Positions 37,824 through 45,959 of a stretch of DNA of 64,000 bases are shown here, one piece after another (within the stretch, counting starts at the first letter, position 1; every line of letters begins with the position of its first letter). Under the pieces are notes generated by a model that made no database searches, was not told the origin of the DNA, and saw nothing but the letters and a program-made list of their open reading frames with translations. A program made the translations under genes and the position numbers. Location: the NCBI GenBank assembly GCA_963807575.1, contig CAWECD010000020.1:135037-199036 (forward strand). Reading direction: 5' to 3'. Source of the stretch: an uncultured Acidimicrobiaceae bacterium (GTDB taxonomy: Bacteria; Actinomycetota; Acidimicrobiia; Acidimicrobiales; Bog-793).

Positions 37824-38219
37824 TCATCGTGGTCCGCCCGGCCGCTGGCGGAGAGGCTGCACGCGTTGAGCTCCGAGATGACGAGCGAGCTGGTCGCGCA
37901 GCGCGTCGTTCTCGGCGCGAAGACGGGAGATCTCGTCTCGGGCGGTGTCGAGGCGTTGGCGTAGCGAGTCGGTGCTCGCCCGCAGAGCAGCGCGCGCAGT
38001 CGTCCTCGTCGGCAGCGCTCGCAGCTGGGTGACGAGCTCGCGGATCTCTGGCTCGCGATAGAGCCAGGCCCTTGAGACGCCGGCTGCGTTGGCGACAGCC
38101 TCGAAGTTGACGGACCGTCCCTCGCGGCTGAGGCGCTCGATCGCCTCGTGCGCTGCCGCGAGTGCCGCATCGTGGCGCCGGGCGTTGGCCTTGGCGAGGA
38201 AATGAGCGTTGTCAGGCAC
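37824..38219 (-). CDS. Small HTH + coiled-coil protein in the TnpC position (DUF6262-like from memory)
   Basis: I take GTG 38219 as the start (GTGCCTGA overlap with the upstream stop), giving 131 aa. Contains SVNFEAVANAAGVSRAWLYREPEIRELVTQLR, then a coiled coil LRQRLDTARDEISRLRAENDALRDQL. Confidence 0.6.
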   Translation of the reverse strand: MPDNAHFLAKANARRHDAALAAAHEAIERLSREGRSVNFEAVANAAGVSRAWLYREPEIRELVTQLRALPTRTTARAALRASTDSLRQRLDTARDEISRLRAENDALRDQLARHLGAQRVQPLRQRPGGPR

Positions 38220-39720
38220 GGCCGTTTTCGCCTTCGGTGTCGTCGGCGATCCTCTCCAAGGCGGGGATGATCCGTTCCAGGTTGGTCTGGACATGTCGCA
38301 GGTTCTCGGACAGTCGAACCTGGCCCTTGGCGTCGGCTTGGGCGATAAGGCGGCGGTTGGTGACGGCCTGATGGCGGTGGATCTCCAAGAACTCGGGCGT
38401 GGTCTGGAAGTCCGGGCAGGTGAGGCAGGCGTTGGGATGTGGGCAGTCCTGCTGGGCGGGGCGGCCGCAGTAGCCGTTGGGGAGGCTGTCGCGGACCCGG
38501 TTCAAGTTGTGCTTCATCCACTCGGCCGAAGCGGTGGGGCCGTCGGGGTCGTAGCCGATCTGTTCGCCGGCGATGTCGACGCGCTTTTGCTGGTAGCTGT
38601 CGAAGGCCTCACGGATCGTGGTGTCGTGGACCTTGGCGTAGTGACCCGTCATGTTCGGCGAGGCGTGGCCGAGGAGCCTCTGCACGACGTGCTGGGGGAC
38701 CCCTTGGTTGATGAGCCGGGTCCCGAGGGTGTGGCGGAACTGGTGGCCGGTCACCCGCACGGGCTGGCCGGCTTGGTCGTGCAGTCCGATGACCTCGCAC
38801 CAGCGGACGAGCTGGCGAGTGAAGTTGGAATGCGAGTAGGCCTTCGAGCCGTCGTCGTTGTCGGCAATCCCCGGAAACAGCCACGGGCTTCCAGCGGGCC
38901 AGTGGCTTTTGACATAGTCCTGCTGGGCGGAGATGGCCGCCGCCGCCCTGGCCGAGAGTGGGACGAGCTGCTCCGAGCGGACCTTGGAAGCCATAAAGCG
39001 TAGGCACGGCCAGCCGCTGCTGTCCTCGACGACGGGGTTGAAGATGAGGTTGCAGGCGTCCCCGCCGCGCAGCCCGGTCTCCATCATCACGATCACCAGG
39101 TGCCGGGTGGTCGGGTAGCGGATCTTGGCCAGAGCCTCGTCGGACTCGAGCTGGGCCATGACGAACTCGGGGATGAAGCGGGCGATCTCGTCGTGGTGGA
39201 AAGGGAGCTCTTCGACGTAGATGGTCGCGCCGGGCACGAGGCCGGGAAGCCACCCGTGGCGGTGGCAGGCGTCGAAGAAGACCCGGATCATCGAGCAGGA
39301 CAGGGCCCGTGTCGCTGGTGAGTAGCCCTGCAAGAGCAGCCATGCCAGGTAGTCCTCGAGCACCGGCCGGGTGATGCCGGCGGGATCGGAGACCTCAGGG
39401 TGGCACTCGGTGAGACAGCGCGAGAAGCGCGATAGAGCCAGGGCTCCCGCGCTGACGGTCTGAAAGGCGCACCCGGTGGCGAGGCGGAACCGGGACCAGC
39501 GCTTGGCCGGGTCACGCAGCCAGTCCTGGGTGATCGTGTCGAAGCGGGCCCGGCCGCGCCCGCGGCGGGTGGGGATGCCGAGGCGGGCCGCGTCCCAGTG
39601 GTCGTCTGCCCAGTTCCCGTCGAGTGTGGTGTCCCTCGACGCTACGAGCGAGAGTTGCAGCGCCTCCGCTCTCGCTGCCGCTGAGGCAGGGCTCACCTGC
39701 TCGCCTCCTCCCGCTCCCAC
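38212..39720 (-). CDS. Tyrosine recombinase, large (TnpB-like)
   Basis: HQFRHTLGT and LLGHASPNMTGHYAKV (H-x-x-R and H...Y catalytic blocks), followed by a Cys-rich tail YCGRPAQQDCPHPNACLTCPDF. The alternative start GTG 39696 makes a GTGA overlap with the upstream stop. Confidence 0.85.
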   Translation of the reverse strand: MGAGGGEQVSPASAAARAEALQLSLVASRDTTLDGNWADDHWDAARLGIPTRRGRGRARFDTITQDWLRDPAKRWSRFRLATGCAFQTVSAGALALSRFSRCLTECHPEVSDPAGITRPVLEDYLAWLLLQGYSPATRALSCSMIRVFFDACHRHGWLPGLVPGATIYVEELPFHHDEIARFIPEFVMAQLESDEALAKIRYPTTRHLVIVMMETGLRGGDACNLIFNPVVEDSSGWPCLRFMASKVRSEQLVPLSARAAAAISAQQDYVKSHWPAGSPWLFPGIADNDDGSKAYSHSNFTRQLVRWCEVIGLHDQAGQPVRVTGHQFRHTLGTRLINQGVPQHVVQRLLGHASPNMTGHYAKVHDTTIREAFDSYQQKRVDIAGEQIGYDPDGPTASAEWMKHNLNRVRDSLPNGYCGRPAQQDCPHPNACLTCPDFQTTPEFLEIHRHQAVTNRRLIAQADAKGQVRLSENLRHVQTNLERIIPALERIADDTEGENGRA

Positions 39721-40799
39721 ACCCCCGCCCGCAGCAGCGCCTCGCGGATGTCGGCCGCCTCGAGATGTACGTAAGTCTGGCTGGTGGTCGTAGAGGAGCG
39801 ATGCGTGAGGAGACGGGCGACCACCTCGATCGGCACGCCTTGGCGGATCATGTCGGTGGCGTGTGAGTGACGAAGCACATGCGCGGTGAAGGGGATCCCG
39901 GTCACCGCCGCGATGCGGACGATCAGCTGCTGGACCGTCGGGTAGCTCATCGGTTCGCCGATTCTGCCGGCGAAGAGGTTCACGAACACGTAGTCCGAGT
40001 CGATCGCGCCGTACTCGGCGTGCATGTACTCCGAATAGAGGCGCACGAGCGGAGTGGAGACGGGCAGCACTGCCGACGAGCGCATCTTGGCTCGTGCCCC
40101 GTTCGCGTTGTCGGGGCGAGGAATGATGTGCACTTCGCGCCGGCGTGAGACGAAGTCGCTATGGCGCAGCCCGAGTGCCTGGCCGATGCGCATGCCGGTC
40201 TCGGCGAGCAGCGACAGCAAGAACCTGTCGCGCAGGTGCTCGCAGGCGGCGAGGATTGCGACGATTTGCTCGGTCTGCAAGGTGCGCGGTGCCCGCCGCT
40301 CGACGTGCAGCTTCACGGGCCTGGTCGGGATGGGACGGCCCTTGGTCACGTGGTGCAGGAACGGCTTGTAAGAGCCACGGCTCGTGCGCCGCCATGCCAC
40401 GAGCTCGGCCGCCACCTCGAGCCCGGCGCGGGCGTGGTGGTCGTAGAAGCCGAACACGCCCGCCAGGTAGCGGTTCACCGTCGCCGGGTGGCGCACGCCG
40501 CTCCCGTCGGCGAGCACCACCACGTTGTCGGCCGGCGCCCGCAGCCAAGCGACGAAGCGGGCGACGTCCTCGATCCCGACGGCCTCCCAGTTCTTCCCGG
40601 TCCGTGCCAGGAACTCGAACCACAGCTTCAGGCTGACGGCGTAGGCGCGCACAGTGTTCGGCGAGCGCTCGAGCGCCGCTAGGTAGGCGAGGTAACGCTC
40701 CGCAGGCTCGACCACCTCTCCTTCCTCGGTGACAAGCGTGAAGGACTCTGCGCCCGTGACCGGCATCAGCACCTTCTGAACGAGCACGCTCCCTCCCAT
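39693..40799 (-). CDS. Tyrosine recombinase, small (TnpA-like)
   Basis: SAM-like N-domain (LERSPNTVRAYAVSLKLWFEFL) and catalytic blocks HVLRHSHAT and LLTHRSSTTTSQTYVH. Start is ATG 40799 or 40766; the track start at 40910 is probably over-extended. Confidence 0.85.
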   Translation of the reverse strand: MGGSVLVQKVLMPVTGAESFTLVTEEGEVVEPAERYLAYLAALERSPNTVRAYAVSLKLWFEFLARTGKNWEAVGIEDVARFVAWLRAPADNVVVLADGSGVRHPATVNRYLAGVFGFYDHHARAGLEVAAELVAWRRTSRGSYKPFLHHVTKGRPIPTRPVKLHVERRAPRTLQTEQIVAILAACEHLRDRFLLSLLAETGMRIGQALGLRHSDFVSRRREVHIIPRPDNANGARAKMRSSAVLPVSTPLVRLYSEYMHAEYGAIDSDYVFVNLFAGRIGEPMSYPTVQQLIVRIAAVTGIPFTAHVLRHSHATDMIRQGVPIEVVARLLTHRSSTTTSQTYVHLEAADIREALLRAGVWEREEASR

Positions 40800-40826
40800 C
40801 GGAGAAGCCGGATGTCGCAACCCTCT

Positions 40827-40849
40827 CCTTGAATGTATGACATTCAAGG
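40827..40849. promoter_or_regulatory. Perfect 10-bp inverted repeat in the divergent promoter region of the recombinase element
   Basis: CCTTGAATGT-atg-ACATTCAAGG lies between the recombinase operon start (40799) and the divergent 113-aa gene start (40890). Confidence 0.5.
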
Positions 40850-40889
40850 CATCGAGCGGCGGATCGCCGGCGGCGGGTAACAACAGGGC

Positions 40890-41231
40890 ATGCCGTCGGT
40901 CGAACAGCAAGCCAAGCGCCGCCAGCGCCAGATCGTTGCCGAGATCGCCAAGCTCGGACTATGCCCGCCTGGGAGCCTGGTGACACGGATGACACGCTGC
41001 GGCACGCCCACATGCCGTTGCTCGAGTGATCCGGCGCAGCGCCACGGGCCCTACCCGACGTGGATCCGCAAGGTCGGCACGAAGACCGTCACGCGCACAC
41101 TCAGCCCATCCCAGCTCGAGCGTTACCAACCCCTGTTCGAGAACACCAAGCGTCTCCGGGAGTTGATCGGCGAGCTCGAAGCGATCGCGGCGGAGGTCGT
41201 CGAGAACACCGACGAATGGAGTCGCCGATGA
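40890..41231 (+). CDS. Small Cys-rich protein divergent from the recombinases (DUF6788-like from memory)
   Basis: 113 aa with the RCGTPTCRC motif, followed by HGPYPTWIRKVGTKTVTRTL and a helical tail. ATG start. Confidence 0.6.
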   Translation: MPSVEQQAKRRQRQIVAEIAKLGLCPPGSLVTRMTRCGTPTCRCSSDPAQRHGPYPTWIRKVGTKTVTRTLSPSQLERYQPLFENTKRLRELIGELEAIAAEVVENTDEWSRR

Positions 41232-41433
41232 TCCCCGGCGTGCTTATCAACTACGAATGAGACACCGCTTTTGATAACGCGTCGCCGCCGAAGCCCGATA
41301 CCCCTCGTCAGTTACAGAGAAGACGGGTCAAGTCCCGCTTGTGATAACGACGGCTCCGGGTCGGCGCACAACTCCACGAGCCCAAGGGCGCGACAGAATG
41401 TGCAGATGGCGGCGCCAAGCGGTGCTTGCGCAC

Positions 41434-42270
41434 TCAACTGGGGGAGAAGACCTCGATCTCTGCCGCGCCCGTGTTTCCGCCGGTCGACTGGACGACCTCG
41501 AAGCGAAGGAAGCGGCCCGTGAACGACACCGGCACTCTGTGCGGGTCGAGGCGGTTGCCGGCGGGGAAAGGCCCGTACCGTTTGCGACCGTCGACAACTA
41601 CGGCAAAGGTTCGAGTGATCGCCGAACCGTCCGACATCTCACGTGTGACAAAGGAGATGCCTGTGATCTTGTGTTGTCGTCCGAGGTCGATCTCGACGAA
41701 GGCCCGATCACCGTCGTCGGCTGAGGCCCACTCAGTCGAGAGGTTGCCGTCGACCGCGTTCGCCGCCCGGTAGGCGTTGCTCCACTGCGAGCTGACGGCG
41801 ACGATCTTCGCGCCGATGGCGATGTCTTGTCCCGGGGCAGCGCTCTGGCGCGGCGTCGTGAAGGTGGTCAGCTCTCGGGTCTGAAAGACGCGACCTTGCG
41901 CGTCGGTGGCAGTGAGCAGGAAGCGGTAGGTCGTGCCCGGAGTCAGGCCGCCGAGAAGGACGGTGTGCTGGGAGATCGCGGTGCCGCCCATGTTGGGATC
42001 GTCTGCGATCGATCCCAAGGCTGCCGTCCTGCCGTAGGCGATCGCGCACACAGTCGGCGGGTTGGTCTCGACCTGCACGACCGCCGATCTGCCGTCGGCG
42101 GCGATCTGCAGGTGAATCTTCCCGACTTCGACCAGGCGGAAGTCACGGACGCTCGTCGTGTTCTTGGTCATGCCGGTGCCACCGCACGCAGTCAGACCGA
42201 GACACAGCGCAGCGAGCGCGGCTAAAGCGCGGGCGGTTGGTTGCCTCACGGCGCGCTGCTCTGTCGCCAT
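41434..42270 (-). CDS. Lipoprotein with FN3-like and discoidin (F5/8 type C)-like domains
   Basis: ATG 42270 (MATEQRAV...). Signal peptide with lipobox LGLTAC. GGLTPGTTYRF is FN3-like. AANAVDGNLSTEWAS...ITGISF...EIEVF is the discoidin-domain pattern. Confidence 0.72.
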   Translation of the reverse strand: MATEQRAVRQPTARALAALAALCLGLTACGGTGMTKNTTSVRDFRLVEVGKIHLQIAADGRSAVVQVETNPPTVCAIAYGRTAALGSIADDPNMGGTAISQHTVLLGGLTPGTTYRFLLTATDAQGRVFQTRELTTFTTPRQSAAPGQDIAIGAKIVAVSSQWSNAYRAANAVDGNLSTEWASADDGDRAFVEIDLGRQHKITGISFVTREMSDGSAITRTFAVVVDGRKRYGPFPAGNRLDPHRVPVSFTGRFLRFEVVQSTGGNTGAAEIEVFSPS

Positions 42271-43013
42271 GCCGTATCCGGGACCAGAACCACCTTCCTG
42301 CCTGCTCATGGGTTGCGGGACCGCCGGGTTGGACCGTGCCCTCCCATCCGCCAACAAGACGCTCCGAGCGGCGAGCACCGAGCGGAAGAAGGTGTCGCGG
42401 TGAGAGCTTTGTGTGCGCGAGGACGCGTATTCTCCGGCATTGGCGCGATCCTAGGGACAAGCACGGAGGCCTAGGCGTCGTCTCGCGGATGGGCCCCAGG
42501 CATGAGCCACCGATACCAGGTTCCAGGGCACGTCGCTGCCCCCTTCGCGATCCTTGCGAATACCGGGCCATTTCGAGAAGCAGGCACTATCAGGCAGTCT
42601 GGTCGAGCACGAGACCCCAAGAGCGATGCCGCGACATGGCCACGTCCACGGTGCCCTCAGACCGCCCACCGTCACGCGTGGGAGCACGCAATCGCATTTC
42701 GAGTGGAAAGCGGACCAAGGGGACAACCCCGTCGCACAAAACGCCGTAGGGGCCATTCGGAGGGCCCCTGCTCACACCACATTTACGAAACCCGAGTCCG
42801 TTAAACGATCGAGCGTCATGCGAGGAAGCTGCCGCTCCAAACATGTCGCTCATGAGGTGCGCGACTACTGTGTGCCGCACCGGCGAAGCCGGCCGTCGCT
42901 CGTGATCTTCAGAAGCGCTCGGGCGGGAGGACCAGATAGCGGCGACCTCTCTTGCAGACACGAGCGCTACATCTCGCTTCGACAGGTCTCGATTACTTGG
43001 GGGACTAGCGGAC

Positions 43014-44000
43014 TTGAACCCCTACATCGTGCTCGGAAGTGTCATCGTGGGCTTCCTGGTCGGCATGACCGGCGCGGGAGGCGGCGCCCTTATGACGCCG
43101 ATGTTGATCCTGCTGTTCTCGGTCAAGCCATCGACGGCCATCTCGAGCGACCTCGTCGCCGCCGTCGTGATGCGCCCCTTCGGAGCTGCGGTGCACCTCC
43201 ACAAAGGAACGGTCAATCTCCGTCTTGTCGGGTGGATGGTCTTGGGCTCGGTTCCGATGGCGTTTCTCGGCGCCTACCTCCTGCACCTGATGGGCCAATC
43301 TCATGTCGCCCAGGACAACGTGGAGCGGGCGCTCGGGGCAGCCCTTTTGATCGGCGCCGCCGCCATGACGCTGCGCTACGTCCTCGACCGCCGCGGTGGC
43401 CACCACCGCAGCGGCGCCGTCCGCGAGATCGTCGTCCGTCCGGTCCCCACAGTCGCGATCGGGATGCTGGGCGGGGTCATCGTCGGGATCACCTCTGTCG
43501 GCTCGGGGTCGTTGATCATCGTCCTGTTGCTTTTCGCCTATCCCCTCCTCGGAGCCAACCAGCTCGTCGGCACCGACCTCACCCAGGCCGTTCCGCTGAC
43601 CGGTGCGGCGGCACTCGGCGCGTTGGCATTCGGGCATGTGGAGTTCTCGGTAACGACCTCCATCATCGTCGGCAGCGTTCCCGCCGTGCTCGTCGGGTCC
43701 TTTCTCTCTTCGAGGGCGCCCGACCGGATCGTGCGCCCGGTCATCACCTTCGTCATCTTCGCCTCCGGCCTCAAATACGTCGGGGTGAGCACGACGACGC
43801 TCGGCTGGGTCCTGTGCGTGACGGTTCTCCTCCTCGCGGTCGTCTGGACGGCGCACACGCGGCCGTGGAGAAACCAGATCAAGCCGTCAACGGTGGAAGT
43901 GGCCGCTGGCGGCGCTTCGTCTCAAGACCCTGCTCTGGCTCCAGTAGATGAGCGACCACCTTCCTCCCCAAGGGGGGACGAACACCCGCTTGTTGAGTAG
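43014..44000 (+). CDS. TauE/SafE-family sulfite/anion exporter
   Basis: GFLVGMTGAGGGALMTPMLILLF near the N-terminus and a second GSGSLIIVLLLF repeat, giving the two-fold TauE/SafE topology. TTG start. Has a C-terminal extension of about 60 aa. Confidence 0.82.
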   Translation: MNPYIVLGSVIVGFLVGMTGAGGGALMTPMLILLFSVKPSTAISSDLVAAVVMRPFGAAVHLHKGTVNLRLVGWMVLGSVPMAFLGAYLLHLMGQSHVAQDNVERALGAALLIGAAAMTLRYVLDRRGGHHRSGAVREIVVRPVPTVAIGMLGGVIVGITSVGSGSLIIVLLLFAYPLLGANQLVGTDLTQAVPLTGAAALGALAFGHVEFSVTTSIIVGSVPAVLVGSFLSSRAPDRIVRPVITFVIFASGLKYVGVSTTTLGWVLCVTVLLLAVVWTAHTRPWRNQIKPSTVEVAAGGASSQDPALAPVDERPPSSPRGDEHPLVE

Positions 44001-44152
44001 TTGAGGCTGGCCGACACAACCGCCGGGAGGGAGTTCGGCTGCGACCAGCAGCGCAATCTCGTGGACTCCTGTCGCGAGAACCGGTTAACGGTTGGCAATG
44101 CGCTGTCGAATCCGCGTCTACTACCCATCACGCCGACGGGGACCCATCGCCA

Positions 44153-44261
44153 GTCGGAGATCCGCGTCGTCGCCCCTCCGACACGAACCCCCACCTCACT
44201 CTCGCTACGGCGGGCGACGCTCTACTGATTACGGCAGAAAGGACCGAACGTCTCATCTGTG
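44153..44261 (+). repeat. Direct repeat R2 (109 nt), paired with 37572-37680
   Basis: See R1. Lies between the convergent TauE (+) and MarR (-) genes. Confidence 0.7.
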
Positions 44262-44400
44262 GGCGTCGAGAACGACCATCACCAAGCTGTACATGAATAC
44301 CGATCAGACGGATCCGGAGCGTGCACGAGATCGCCGAATATCTGCGGCTCCGTCCAGGCTTCGAAGGCCCAGCAGCGCGTTGTTATGGCGCGCTGTCGCG

Positions 44401-44871
44401 TCAGGCCGACTTGTGGATCTTCGACGCCAAGCGGGCCTGCCGGACGTCGGCAAGTTCACTGCCTCGCTCGAAGTAGGCGATCAAGACCCGAAGGTCGCGC
44501 TCGCTGAACTGAGCCTGAAACTCAGCCATGAGCGACTCGGGAATCTCGTAGAGCTCCCCGCCGAGCCGACGGAGTTTCGGCGTGAGGTCGACGATGACTC
44601 GACGGCGATCAGCTGGGTCACAGGCGCGACTCACGTAACCCGCGTTCTCGAGCCGGTCCACGACCTTGGTGATCGCACCGGTCGTCAAACGGCTCAGCTC
44701 AGACAGCCGCCCGGCCGTCATCGGTCCGAACTGCTCGAGGACGTCGAGACAGTGCGCCTCGGCTCGCGAGACACCGAGGTAGTCCGCGACCGCCTGATCG
44801 AACCTGTCGTTTTCGCGTTGGGACTGCCGGACCATCTCGAACAGCCGACCGAAGAGCGCCACACGATCCAT
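44401..44871 (-). CDS. MarR-family transcriptional regulator
   Basis: ATG 44871. Winged HTH LDVLEQFGPMTAGRLSELSRLTTGAITKVVDRLENAGYVSRACDPADRRRVIV. Confidence 0.85.
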   Translation of the reverse strand: MDRVALFGRLFEMVRQSQRENDRFDQAVADYLGVSRAEAHCLDVLEQFGPMTAGRLSELSRLTTGAITKVVDRLENAGYVSRACDPADRRRVIVDLTPKLRRLGGELYEIPESLMAEFQAQFSERDLRVLIAYFERGSELADVRQARLASKIHKSA

Positions 44872-44882
44872 CGAACAATATC

Positions 44883-44897
44883 TCTTCCTATGGAAGA
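44883..44897. promoter_or_regulatory. Putative MarR operator
   Basis: Palindrome TCTTCC-tat-GGAAGA, followed by a third half-site TCTTCC, in the marR/ABC divergent intergenic region. Confidence 0.45.
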
Positions 44898-44975
44898 TTC
44901 TTCCAGTCTCAGATGTTATCGTACAGCAGCAGCGTGATCGTGCTCGACACACGCCCAAGGGAGGAGCGACTGACC

Positions 44976-45959
44976 TTGGACACCGTCATCTTGACTACCG
45001 AACTCCAAAAGAGCTTCCCCTCGAAGGGTGGGCCGATCGAAGCGGTCCGTGGCGTGAGCATCGAGGTGCAACGGGGAGAGATCTTCGGCTTCCTCGGGCC
45101 GAACGGGGCCGGGAAGACGACGACACTCCGCATGCTGACGACATTGCTCCCCATTGGTGGGGGCAGTGCGACTGTCGCGGGGTTCGACGTCGCCCGTCGA
45201 CCGCAGCAGGTCCGGCAGCAAATTGGCTACGTCAGCCAGTTGGGTGGCGCCGATGACCTCGCCACCGGGCGCGAGAACCTCATCTTGCAGGGTCGCCTCT
45301 ACGGCGGTGATCTCGCTTCGGTATCGGCGCGCGCCGATACCTTGATGAAGATCCTCGATATCGAGGAGTTTGCCGACCGGCGCGTGAAGACTTATTCCGG
45401 TGGACAGCGTCGGCGTCTCGACGTCGCGCTCGGGATCGTCCACGAGCCGGAGGTGCTCTTCTTGGACGAGCCGAGTACTGGGCTTGATCCGCAGAACCGG
45501 GCAAACCTCTGGGATCACGTCCGCCGGCTCCGTGAGCACGGTACGACCGTCTTTCTGACGACGCACTATCTCGAAGAGGCCGACGCCCTCTGCGACCGCC
45601 TCATGATCATCGACCACGGCAAGATCGTGATCGAGGGGTCACCCCGAGATCTCAAGCGGGACGTCGCGGGGGATGCCATCTTGCTGAGCTTGCACGACAG
45701 CGACAGCGTGCTCCTTCGGGCCCAATCACTTCTCGAAGGTGAGTCCTATGTACGCGAGGTCAACACTGAAGGCGACCAGTTGCGCCTCTACGTCGAGGAT
45801 GGGAGCACTGCCCTTCCGAAGCTGATGCGCCTACTCGATCAAGAGCGCATCACTCTTCGGTCGATCAGCTTGTCCGAGCCCACACTCGATGACGTCTTCT
45901 TGCGGGAAACCGGCCGTTCGCTGCGTGACACCGGAGCAGGCGAGGGGGTCGCGGCGTGA
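44976..45959 (+). CDS. ABC transporter ATP-binding protein (DrrA-like)
   Basis: I take TTG 44976 as the start (AAGGGAGGAG lies 9 nt upstream). Walker A GPNGAGKTT, signature YSGGQRRRL, Walker B VLFLDEPS. Confidence 0.88.
   Translation: MDTVILTTELQKSFPSKGGPIEAVRGVSIEVQRGEIFGFLGPNGAGKTTTLRMLTTLLPIGGGSATVAGFDVARRPQQVRQQIGYVSQLGGADDLATGRENLILQGRLYGGDLASVSARADTLMKILDIEEFADRRVKTYSGGQRRRLDVALGIVHEPEVLFLDEPSTGLDPQNRANLWDHVRRLREHGTTVFLTTHYLEEADALCDRLMIIDHGKIVIEGSPRDLKRDVAGDAILLSLHDSDSVLLRAQSLLEGESYVREVNTEGDQLRLYVEDGSTALPKLMRLLDQERITLRSISLSEPTLDDVFLRETGRSLRDTGAGEGVAA

Larger units (their letters stand above)
37728..41348 (-). mobile_element. Putative Tn554-like recombinase element (two tyrosine recombinases + small protein + divergent Cys-rich protein) bounded by 12-bp inverted repeats
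   Basis: Exact inverted repeat GTTATCACAAGC at 37728-37739 and GCTTGTGATAAC at 41337-41348. A second direct copy of the right-end motif lies at 41265-41279. The four enclosed genes are all recombination-type with no cargo. Confidence 0.55.

Noticed and set aside
41321-41340. GACGGGTCAAGTCCCGC near the right end of the recombinase element resembles a tRNA T-arm (GGGTTCAAGTCCC).
   Set aside because: One T is missing from the loop, the stem is only 4 bp, and the following bases do not form an acceptor stem or CCA end.
42690-42800. GAGTGGAAAGCGGACC and ACGAAACCCGAG are superficially reminiscent of the conserved RNase P RNA strings GAGGAAAGTCCGG and ACAGAACCCGGC.
   Set aside because: The matches are partial, the spacing is far too short (~90 nt versus >250 nt), and none of the other conserved helices is present.
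42554-43951. Very long track ORFs overlapping or antisense to real genes: 42554..43951, 45839..47029, 57635..59119, 15374..16180, 446..1165 and 18533..19318.
   Set aside because: Their Arg/Pro/Gly-rich, low-complexity translations are typical of off-frame ORFs in high-GC DNA. Each overlaps a gene with clear family motifs in another frame.
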